Shown here: in pieces, positions 1 through 7,905 of the stretch | Layout of the letters: each line of letters begins with the position of its first letter | Position numbering within the stretch: position 1 is the first letter of the stretch | Origin: an uncultured archaeon | Lineage (GTDB): Archaea; Asgardarchaeota; Lokiarchaeia; Sigyniarchaeales; SOKP01 | Length of the DNA stretch: 14,666 nucleotides | Direction: 5' to 3' | Assembly: GCA_964632315.1 (NCBI GenBank) | Contig: CAZWEM010000072.1 | Coordinates: forward strand, 1 to 14,666 | Made by a program: the position numbers and the translations under genes | Notes under the pieces: model-generated | Told to the model about the DNA's origin: nothing | The model's database searches: none | What the model saw: the letters and a program-made list of their open reading frames with translations, nothing else

Positions 1-2
1 TT

Positions 3-752
3 TTAAACTCCTTGCTTAATTATGGTTTTAATTCTCACAAGATAAGTTCCAAGCTTTTTCTCATCTGCTTCTGGGACAGCAATTGCTAATAATCTATTTT
101 GATCTAATTCGTGCAAGATAATTGACCCATTTTCTCCCCCAATTATTGAATACTCTAAGTCTTGTTCCAATAAAATACCCGCTAGATTAAAGATCGCAGA
201 TGTCATGGCAGATAAGATTGGCTCTGGCATTGTAGATTGAACTTTTATGGGTAAACCATCTTTTGTTATTATTGCTATTACTAAAGCATTAGGAATAGCC
301 CTTTTAATCGCAACGAAAATTTCCTCTTTTATCAGATCAGACGTTTCGATTATTGCTGAAATTTGAATAGCAAAAGCTCTAAGAGTTTTTATGTAGAAAT
401 CCAAACCTTCAAGCTCTGCCAATTGACGATTTAAATAGGAAATTAATGCAATGTCATCAGTTAAAATTGAAAGGATAATCCTATCTTCTCCCGTAATAAG
501 ATTATAGGCGATTTTTTGATTTAAAGAGTCTTGTAATATTTTGGAAGATAGGAATACCAGACTACTACTAGCTGCAGACATTTCTGTTCGCGACATCTTA
601 GGATTTTTTTGCTTTTTGAACATGCTAGCAAGATGAGTTCCTCCATGAGTAGAAATGCTAATGCCTAAAATTCCGGGATTTTTCCCAAATTCTTTTTCTA
701 TTAACTCAGATAAATCTTGTTCCAAGTCATTAACAATTGGTTCAGAGTTCAT
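3..752 (-). CDS. Tandem (two-domain) Roadblock/LC7 (MglB/LAMTOR-like) protein
   Basis: Two similar ~110-120 aa units, each with the Roadblock pattern helix, beta-hairpin with G, helix starting 'SA', then strands. Unit 1: PGILGISISTHGG...EMSAASSSLVFLSSKI...NLITGEDRIIL. Unit 2: PNALVIAIITKDGLPI...ILSAMTSAIFNLAG...SIIGGENGSIIL. The ORF track starts at TTG 776; I prefer ATG 752 (MNSEP), which has a TTTAAA box about 25 nt upstream. Confidence 0.8.
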   Translation of the reverse strand: MNSEPIVNDLEQDLSELIEKEFGKNPGILGISISTHGGTHLASMFKKQKNPKMSRTEMSAASSSLVFLSSKILQDSLNQKIAYNLITGEDRIILSILTDDIALISYLNRQLAELEGLDFYIKTLRAFAIQISAIIETSDLIKEEIFVAIKRAIPNALVIAIITKDGLPIKVQSTMPEPILSAMTSAIFNLAGILLEQDLEYSIIGGENGSIILHELDQNRLLAIAVPEADEKKLGTYLVRIKTIIKQGV

Positions 753-857
753 GAACTTATAATAGAAATTATTCAATTTAAAAGTAATGCAGATATTTTT
801 TTTAACTCATCTTCGGCATATTTTTTAATTCGAATTTATATTACTAAATAAAAATTA

Positions 858-873
858 AAAAGGAAATTTTATA
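858..873 (+). promoter_or_regulatory. Putative archaeal BRE/TATA promoter for the 923..1786 gene
   Basis: Purine-rich AAAAGGAAA (858-866) followed by TTTATA (868-873), about 50 nt upstream of ATG 923, in a divergent intergenic region. The AT-rich background weakens the call. Confidence 0.35.
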
Positions 874-922
874 TTATATTTCTAATTTTGAGAAAAATCA
901 GTTCTGTGAGAATGAATCTGAA

Positions 923-1786
923 ATGATAGAAGACGATCAAAATCGAGACAGCTTGTTAAATCAGATTGCCTCTTTAGAATTAAAACTAAAAACAAAAGAT
1001 GAATTAATTAACAATCTCCAAAACTCAATGGAATTAAAAGATGTTCAGATAAAAACCATAAAAGATTCAATTAATCTAAAAGATGAACAAATCGAAACTT
1101 TAGATAATACGTTGAAAGTTAAAGATGATAAAATTACCACCTTAGAGAAGTCAGTTACATTAAAGGATGAGAAAATCTTATCATTAAAAGAAAATATGAT
1201 TGAGAAGGAGCCTTTTGAAAAACAATTAAAAGAAAATAGGGATCTACAAAGAAAACTAGATATACTAAAACAGGAATTGATTAAAGCTGATGAGGATTTA
1301 GAAGCACTTGAAGCAGAAAATGAAAAGCTGAGAAATCAATTAGAATCTTCATCAGGAACGAAACTCATCGATTGGACAAATATTGAAATACCAAAATCTC
1401 TAATTTTAGAAAAAATGAGAGAAATTTTGATGAATGCTGTTCATAATGTCTTATTGGCAGTACCAAGTATTCAAGATCTTCAAGAATTATATTTATATGA
1501 AATTCGATCATCAGTTAGCATTAAAGCTTCTTGTTCAATTGATATCTCTTTGGAAGATGATGCGATGCTATTAGAAGAGCTTGAAAGTTTGGACAATATT
1601 ACTATTAGGTTATTCGAATCAGAAGATAGATACGTGATTGAACGTGATGGTGAAGAATTGCTTTTTGCCGTTATCGGAAATACTGAAAATAATCATCTGG
1701 TACTTCACACCCGAGATTCAAAGCATATCAAATTCTTTAAATCTTTAATAATGGAAGCTTGGTTACGAGCAAGAAAAATAGAATAA
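923..1786 (+). CDS. Coiled-coil protein with C-terminal TrmB effector-domain-like (PLD-fold-like) alpha/beta domain
   Basis: aa ~8-140 form a continuous heptad coiled coil. aa ~155-287 (REILMNAVHNVLLAVP...IRLF...YVIERDGEELLFA...HIKFFKSLIMEAWLRARKI) resemble by eye the non-catalytic PLD-like C-terminal domain of TrmB-type regulators. No HKD motif and no HTH seen. The ORF is secure; the domain call is tentative. Confidence 0.6.
   Translation: MIEDDQNRDSLLNQIASLELKLKTKDELINNLQNSMELKDVQIKTIKDSINLKDEQIETLDNTLKVKDDKITTLEKSVTLKDEKILSLKENMIEKEPFEKQLKENRDLQRKLDILKQELIKADEDLEALEAENEKLRNQLESSSGTKLIDWTNIEIPKSLILEKMREILMNAVHNVLLAVPSIQDLQELYLYEIRSSVSIKASCSIDISLEDDAMLLEELESLDNITIRLFESEDRYVIERDGEELLFAVIGNTENNHLVLHTRDSKHIKFFKSLIMEAWLRARKIE
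986..1195 (+). repeat. Five tandem 42-bp (14-aa) degenerate coding repeats
   Basis: LKTKDELINNLQNS / MELKDVQIKTIKDS / INLKDEQIETLDNT / LKVKDDKITTLEKS / VTLKDEKILSLKEN. The Lys-Asp codons AARGAT recur at 995, 1037, 1079, 1121 and 1163, exactly 42 nt apart. Confidence 0.85.
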
Positions 1787-1787
1787 G

Positions 1788-2522
1788 TTAATTAAAAGGG
1801 CAATTTTCTTTTACACATTTGATATTTTGAGCAGAGAAAACACACTTTTTAGGACTATAGGGTAATTTAATCCCAAATTTCTCATTTAGAATTTCAATTG
1901 TTTCACAGATCGAGATTTTTAAAGATCTTTAACAACAATGTTCGAGATTGTCAGCTATTTTAGCTAAGGATCTTGAAGTAGCTTCATTAGCAATACTTCG
2001 TGGGATGTCTGTACTCGGATTAGCTCCTGTAAATACACTTATTGCTACTCCTGATCCCATTCCAGCCCCACAAGAACCGTAAAATCCACACCATCCTCCT
2101 GGAATCTTCGAGGCTCGCCTTATTGCCTCTTTAATGTCAAAGAGAGTTATTTTATCTCCATTTGGTTTATGAATTCCATTGTTTTTTAATGCAGTTATAA
2201 TGACGGCGGGGGTTAGAACGTGATGCTCTGGGCCATACATCTTGAATTTCGGATGCTTCATGATTTTGTCAGCCATTTCAAAAGGATCTTTTAAATCCGT
2301 GTTTTCTAAAAAGTCTTCTATCACTTCAATGGGACCCTTTGAATGACATGAATCGCAGATATAATACCCATTTTTGCAATATGTGTTTGCATTAAATAAC
2401 TTACCACAAAATTCACAAGTTAGATCCTTGTAATCATTCAAGTTAACGGCATAAACTAATTCTTCACCACAAACTTCACAAATATCTTTCTTTTTACTCA
2501 TTTCTTCTTTCACTTTGATCAA
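1788..2522 (-). pseudogene. DUF5714-type Cys-rich metal-binding protein interrupted by a single in-frame TAA at 1929-1931
   Basis: N-terminal CxxC..CxxC..C-x5-CxxCH cluster, then GPEHH, PGGWCGFYGSCGAG and EHCC. After the TAA the same frame continues for 46 codons (RSLKISICETIEILNEKFGIKLPYSPKKCVFSAQNIKCVKENCPFN) to TAA 1788-1790, matching the family's CCKR...CxF..N..C....CPF ending as I recall it. Start is TTG 2522 (overlapping the upstream stop) or ATG 2501. Confidence 0.8.
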
Positions 2523-3370
2523 ATAGTAATATATGATTTGTTTAAATTCTCAAAATGGCTGATTCTTGAAAACCCACATTCTTTCAATATTTGATGCATT
2601 TTATCAAATTCATATGCAATTTCGTTTGGATTATGTGCATCGGAACCAAGAATTACATCGATATCTAAATCGTTCATTAGATAAAGGATCTTCTTACTCG
2701 GATACTGCTCTTTTATGGGCTTCCTTAAGCCACTAGAATTTAATTCAATCACATATCCTCGCTCTTTAACTAATTTTAGTACCGTAAAAACCTTATCCAT
2801 TATTAAATCTTCATTTTCAGGATGCTTATCAAATTTTTTTGGTAGATCAAAATGCCCTAATATATTAAAATTAAAATTCTTTGAAGTTACCATATCTTTC
2901 AAGGTCTCATAATATGCAAGAAATAATCCCTCGATTTTATCATAATTTTGATAATGGTTAATGCTTCTAAAATCATCAAAAGGGAATAAACCCATGAATT
3001 CAGTATGAAGATTGTGGATTGAACCAATAATATAATCTAAATTATGAATAAGAGGTTGTAAATAAGTACGATGTTTTTGTACTTGATTTTTAATATAGTC
3101 AATTTCAAATCCAATTTTAACTTGAATCTTTTTTTCATACTTTTCTTTTAATTTCAGGGCGGTAGAAACATAATTTTCAAGATCTACTAAGGGCATGGCA
3201 TATTCTTGATATTGCAGATGATCAATTCCGCTTAAGAATTCATACGGAAAGTGAGCACTTAATCCAATAACATTTAATTTTTTATTTATAGCTGCTTTAA
3301 CATAATCTTCTAAATTACCAACTGCATGTCTACATAAAGAACTATGAGTATGCCAATCCTCAAAAATCAT
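2519..3370 (-). CDS. hisK: Histidinol-phosphatase, PHP family (HisJ/HisK type)
   Basis: PHP motifs DWHTHS..CRHA, GLSAH, GFEIDY, IIGSIH, LGHFDLPKKF, ELNSSG, QYPS, LGSDAH. The substrate is assumed from the family; no other his genes are in the window. Confidence 0.85.
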   Translation of the reverse strand: MIFEDWHTHSSLCRHAVGNLEDYVKAAINKKLNVIGLSAHFPYEFLSGIDHLQYQEYAMPLVDLENYVSTALKLKEKYEKKIQVKIGFEIDYIKNQVQKHRTYLQPLIHNLDYIIGSIHNLHTEFMGLFPFDDFRSINHYQNYDKIEGLFLAYYETLKDMVTSKNFNFNILGHFDLPKKFDKHPENEDLIMDKVFTVLKLVKERGYVIELNSSGLRKPIKEQYPSKKILYLMNDLDIDVILGSDAHNPNEIAYEFDKMHQILKECGFSRISHFENLNKSYITI

Positions 3371-3578
3371 GTTGTCTATCCTACAATGTGATTGAGAATA
3401 ATCTAATTTAGGAATATTAAAGAAAAGTAATAAGATTTACCAATATAAATTATTAGTTCTAAATTTTTATTGATACATATTAATGAAGATACTGAAAACC
3501 ATCAGAATCAATTTTATTACTATTTCAATAGAAATATAATTGATTGGAGGTTTTAAATCTCCCTAAATAAAATTATTG

Positions 3579-3600
3579 GTAATCTTATCATTAAGATTAC
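3579..3600. promoter_or_regulatory. Perfect inverted repeat, candidate transcription-factor operator or hairpin
   Basis: GTAATCTTA-tcat-TAAGATTAC (9-bp arms, 4-nt spacer), near the middle of the divergent intergenic region between hisK and the SIR2-TPR gene. Confidence 0.45.
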
Positions 3601-3823
3601 TCACTTGGGATAAAAATCTAAAATATTCTGAAATTTAATCAATCAATTATCATCCTTATTTAGTTCTAGCTTTTTTTTTCTTCAAATTGATAATCTTTTA
3701 TAATAAAGACAAACTCAATTGTTATAAGTATAAGTTTGTATTGGATTTATTTTAGAATCAATAAAGCAAAATTATTTAAGAATAAAAATTAATCTAAATC
3801 TCACCAGAGAGTAATTTTTATAG

Positions 3824-6800
3824 GTGCGAAAAAAATTGGCAGCAGTAAAAGAATTAGCAAATTTAAATATTGAAGAAGTTTTAAAAAGCGAGGAAAATCT
3901 TACTTTTCTAGCGGGAGCTGGGTGTTCCGCCATAACTCCTTCTAATTTACCACTCTCATCTGAACTGATTGGAAAAATTTTAATGAAAGCAGTTCCAAAA
4001 TCAGAATTAGACAAGATTTTAAAGATCTCACATCTAACTTTTGAACATTTATTGAAAATTTTAATAAATTCAAAAGAAAATGCCATCGATTTAATCGACT
4101 TCTATTCTACTTGCGATAAGCCTAATTTGGAGCATTATTTCTTGGCAAATATGATAAAAAAAGGAAATTTTGTGATAACAACTAATTTTGATCATTTAAT
4201 TGAAGACGCTCTTTTAAAGTTGGAAGTCCCTAAGAAGAAAATTATACCCGTAATCACTCAAAAAGATTATGAAAAATACGATGATCCCTTGAAATTATTC
4301 GAAAATGGAAAATATCCTGTTTATAAGCTTCATGGTGCCTTAGATAACTTAATCACTGGAGAAGATACTCGAGAATCTTTTAAAGAAACGATCAAGTTAT
4401 TAGGAATCAATCAAAAAATGATAAATATCGTGCAATTAGAGCCATATAAGTCAAAATTATTAGAAGGTATATCAAGTGAAAGGAATCTGATAGTTTTGGG
4501 GTATTCCGGGAAAAATGACTTAGATATAGCACCAACAATCAAATTGATGAAACATTTGAATAATTTAGTCTGGATTAATCACGTGAAAGATAAATCTAAT
4601 AAGAATCTAAAGAAGTTAAGGAGTGACAATATTCAGTCTCTTAAAGACATTGATGAATTAGATCAAATATTAATAGATATAGCTATGTCAAATCAGGACT
4701 TAACTGTCTTTCGCATCGATACTAATACTTTTAATTTAATTGAGGCTCTAACAGAAGATTTAAATATAATTGGGACAGAAAAATTTGAAATTAATTTGTC
4801 AGAACGGGTTAATGAAATTCTTAATAATATTTCGGAAACTAATAAGTTTCTAATTGCCTATAATATATACTTAGAATCAAATCAATTCAATGATGCTTTA
4901 AAATGCCTAGAACGGATTTACACTATAGCAGAAGATGCTGGAGATGATAAATTGAAGTCATTAGCATTAATGAATATGGGAGTCGTGAATTTGGTTCAAG
5001 ATGAGAAAGATAAAGCACTGGAGTGGTTTCAAAAATCTTTGCAGGCACAAATAAAATTAAAAGAATTTCCAGAGAGAATTTCCGTTTTTAAAAATATTGG
5101 AATGATAAATCGATTAAAGGGTAACTTTAAAGAAGCGTTGAAATTTTTAGAACAAGCTCTTTCACTTAATCAGAAATTAAGGGATTTAAATTTAGAATCT
5201 GAAATTCATAATCAGATTGGCTTACTATATCAAAGCCAATCAATGTATAAAGAAGCATTAAAGAATTTTGAGACTTCTCTAAAAATCAATGAGAAGCTAG
5301 AAAAAATCCAAGAGAAATCATTCAATATGAAAAATATTGCAAATGTATACCTAGAAATGAATGAGCTAGGAGAAGCATTAGACTTTTTAGAAGATTCGCT
5401 TACTATAAATAGGAGCTTAGGGAACATCATCGAGGAGGGTTTAGTTCTGAATTCAATGGGATTAGTTCATCATCAAAATGGTGAGTCATTAGAAGGAATT
5501 GAGAAATGTAGCCAGGCATTAAAGCTCTTTAATCAATTACAATATATTGAGGGAAGAATGGAGGTATTAGGAACATTAGGAATGATTTATAGCGATCAAT
5601 GGAACTACATTAAGGCTTTAGAATATTTTAAAGAAGCAGCACAAATAGCTCAAGATTATGATAAGTTAGAATCGCAAGCAAAATATTCAATACAAATTGG
5701 AATAATTTTCAAGAATCAAGATCAATTCCCTAAATCTCTTCAATGGTTAGAAGAGGCTTTTAACTTATATGATCAGATCGGCTCACTTCCGGGAAAAATC
5801 GAAGCATTAAAACAAATAGGTTTAATTTATATAGTTCAGAAAGATTATATGAAGGCTCTACGCCGATTTGAAAAAATCTTAGAAATTAAAGATAAATTAG
5901 ATGATGAAATCGGAAAGGCAGAGTTTTTCAACGTTATTGGATTAATTTACGTCAATCAACGTTTATTTCAAAAAGCTTTAGAATATTTTCAACAAGCACT
6001 CGATATATATTCACTTTCAAAAAATCGTGAAGGAAGTGCTGAAACTCTCAAAAATATCGGTGCTTTTTATCAAGAACAGGCAAATCACTCAGAGGCATTA
6101 AATCGTTATAAGGATGCTCTTAAAATAATTGCTGATTTAAATAAAATCGATAAGGAAGCTGATCTTCTTAATAGAATTGGGACTATATACCAAGATCAAG
6201 GTCACTACGATGATGCTAGAAAAGTCTTCGAAGAAGCCTTTAAAATTTATAATGAAGAAGTGAATTATGATGGAAAAATCGACTGTTTACATAATATTGG
6301 TCTAAATCTTCGATATCAAGGCGAAGATCAACAAGCTATTAAATATTTTGAAAAAGCAATCACAATTGCAGATCAAATTGGGAATTTACAGAAAAAAGTA
6401 AAATGCTTAAAAATTGAAGGAGAAATATTCAAGGATCAATGGGATTTTCTCGAAGCATTACGAAGATATGAAGAAATACTACTTATAACTGAGAAATTAG
6501 GCAATTTACCAGAACAAATAAATACATTGAATGTAATAGGAAAAATTTATCAAGCTCAAAAACATTACCCTGAAGCTGTACGTCGTTTTCAAGAAGCATT
6601 GAATTTGAGTGATCGATTAGGAAACTTAGAAGTTAAATCAGATATTCTCAACAAAATCGGGAGATGTTTTTTTGAAGAGGAAGATTATCCTCAATCTAAG
6701 TCTTGGTTTGAAAAAGCTTTAAGTATAGATGAAGAACTTGGAAATGAAAAGGGATTAGCTGAGAGACTGCTAAATCTTGGCAATATATTTTTAGTTTGGA

Positions 6801-7891
6801 ACGATTTTGAAGAAGCACTCAAAAGATTTAAGAAATCTTTAGCAATAAAGGAAAAATTAGGAGACTTCTCCGGGCAAGCTCATACTCTACGTAAGATCGG
6901 TCGTATATATCACGCCCAAGACTTTTATGATGAAGCTGAACGGTGGTATATAGAAGCTTTGAAACTCTTTCAAGATGTTGAAAACTTACAAGGACAATCA
7001 GATTGCTATGAAAGTATTGGAGATTTATATAGAGTTCAATCTAATCTTTCAGATTCATTAAAATCTTACCAAGAATCATTTAAGATTGCAGAAGAAATCG
7101 ATGACCTTGAGCGCAAGGGCTATATCCTTAACAAAATCGCATCCATTTATCAACTTCAGGGAATTTATAAAGATTCAATCAAAAAATATGAGAATGCTTT
7201 GGAGTTTTTTGATCAGACTGGTGATTTAATTGGAAAAACAAGAAGTTTAAATCAAGTGGGAACTATTTATCAAGAATTGGGTAATTATAATGAAGCTATT
7301 AAATGGTATGATAGATCAATAAAGTTTTTGAAATTTTTAGGTGAATCTGAAGAAAAAGCATACGCTCATTATAACATAGCTATGATTTATCGAGATATTG
7401 GGAAGGATATTGGAGCTTTGAAAAATTTCGAAGAAGTTACAAAAATAGAATTAGACATTCCGAATTATTCACTAATTGCTGATAGTATGTTCAACATAGG
7501 ATTAGTGTACTTAGATGAGGGAAAATATTCTATTTCCAGAGAACGATTCAATGATGCTATTAAAATAGCTGAACAAAACAAATTGCTAACGAGAAAAGCT
7601 AGATATCTCAACCATTTAACTCTTGCTTATCTAAATGAAGGAGATTATACTAATGCATGGAAATCATCAAATAAAGCCCTTGAAATATTTGAGGAACATG
7701 ATGATCAGGAAGGTATTGCTGATTCTAATTATAAATTAGGATTGGTGTATCTTGAACAAAAAAGTTATGCTGAAGCACTTCGAAAACATGAGCTCGCTCA
7801 AGAAACACTTGTTGTTAATAATCTTACTAAAGATCCCTTGTATAAGGTGTTAAAACATAATATCAAGCTCATAAAAAATCACGTAAAGTAA
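3824..7891 (+). CDS. SIR2-like (SIR2_2-type) domain protein with 25 tetratricopeptide repeats
   Basis: N-terminal motifs FLAGAGCS, VITTNFD (N121), YKLHG (H170) and VLGYSG, followed from aa ~343 by 40-aa TPR units (NxIGxIYxxQxxYxEALxxFExALxI). Start is GTG 3824, or TTG 3836 using AGGTG as a Shine-Dalgarno site. Confidence 0.9.
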   Translation: MRKKLAAVKELANLNIEEVLKSEENLTFLAGAGCSAITPSNLPLSSELIGKILMKAVPKSELDKILKISHLTFEHLLKILINSKENAIDLIDFYSTCDKPNLEHYFLANMIKKGNFVITTNFDHLIEDALLKLEVPKKKIIPVITQKDYEKYDDPLKLFENGKYPVYKLHGALDNLITGEDTRESFKETIKLLGINQKMINIVQLEPYKSKLLEGISSERNLIVLGYSGKNDLDIAPTIKLMKHLNNLVWINHVKDKSNKNLKKLRSDNIQSLKDIDELDQILIDIAMSNQDLTVFRIDTNTFNLIEALTEDLNIIGTEKFEINLSERVNEILNNISETNKFLIAYNIYLESNQFNDALKCLERIYTIAEDAGDDKLKSLALMNMGVVNLVQDEKDKALEWFQKSLQAQIKLKEFPERISVFKNIGMINRLKGNFKEALKFLEQALSLNQKLRDLNLESEIHNQIGLLYQSQSMYKEALKNFETSLKINEKLEKIQEKSFNMKNIANVYLEMNELGEALDFLEDSLTINRSLGNIIEEGLVLNSMGLVHHQNGESLEGIEKCSQALKLFNQLQYIEGRMEVLGTLGMIYSDQWNYIKALEYFKEAAQIAQDYDKLESQAKYSIQIGIIFKNQDQFPKSLQWLEEAFNLYDQIGSLPGKIEALKQIGLIYIVQKDYMKALRRFEKILEIKDKLDDEIGKAEFFNVIGLIYVNQRLFQKALEYFQQALDIYSLSKNREGSAETLKNIGAFYQEQANHSEALNRYKDALKIIADLNKIDKEADLLNRIGTIYQDQGHYDDARKVFEEAFKIYNEEVNYDGKIDCLHNIGLNLRYQGEDQQAIKYFEKAITIADQIGNLQKKVKCLKIEGEIFKDQWDFLEALRRYEEILLITEKLGNLPEQINTLNVIGKIYQAQKHYPEAVRRFQEALNLSDRLGNLEVKSDILNKIGRCFFEEEDYPQSKSWFEKALSIDEELGNEKGLAERLLNLGNIFLVWNDFEEALKRFKKSLAIKEKLGDFSGQAHTLRKIGRIYHAQDFYDEAERWYIEALKLFQDVENLQGQSDCYESIGDLYRVQSNLSDSLKSYQESFKIAEEIDDLERKGYILNKIASIYQLQGIYKDSIKKYENALEFFDQTGDLIGKTRSLNQVGTIYQELGNYNEAIKWYDRSIKFLKFLGESEEKAYAHYNIAMIYRDIGKDIGALKNFEEVTKIELDIPNYSLIADSMFNIGLVYLDEGKYSISRERFNDAIKIAEQNKLLTRKARYLNHLTLAYLNEGDYTNAWKSSNKALEIFEEHDDQEGIADSNYKLGLVYLEQKSYAEALRKHELAQETLVVNNLTKDPLYKVLKHNIKLIKNHVK
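4850..7849 (+). repeat. Array of 25 degenerate 120-bp (40-aa) TPR coding repeats
   Basis: Repeat 1 begins LIAY at 4850 and repeat 25 begins YKLG at 7730, which is exactly 24 x 120 nt later, so there is no net indel across the array. Confidence 0.9.
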
Positions 7892-7905
7892 TAGAGAAAC
7901 TTGAT

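Noticed and set aside
912-926. Four-codon uORF (ATG AAT CTG AAA TGA) overlapping the 923 start
   Set aside because: Easily arises by chance in AT-rich DNA, and there is no independent support.
1929-1931. Selenocysteine or pyrrolysine recoding of the in-frame stop
   Set aside because: The codon is TAA, not TGA or TAG. The expected residue is Lys, and TAA terminates several other genes in this window.
2344-2358. CxxCH (CDSCH) as a c-type haem-binding motif
   Set aside because: It is a single motif inside a Cys-rich zinc-finger-like cluster, in a protein with no signal peptide.
3431-3587. Possible MITE bounded by TAAGATTTACCAATA and TATTGGTAATCTTA
   Set aside because: The inverted match is short, gapped and AT-rich. 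I saw no clear target-site duplication and no transposase.
3824-4600. Classical sirtuin deacetylase (CobB) or Avs/STAND protein
   Set aside because: No zinc-binding CxxC pairs and TTNFD/KLHG rather than TQNID/ELHG. No Walker A motif between the SIR2 domain and the TPRs.
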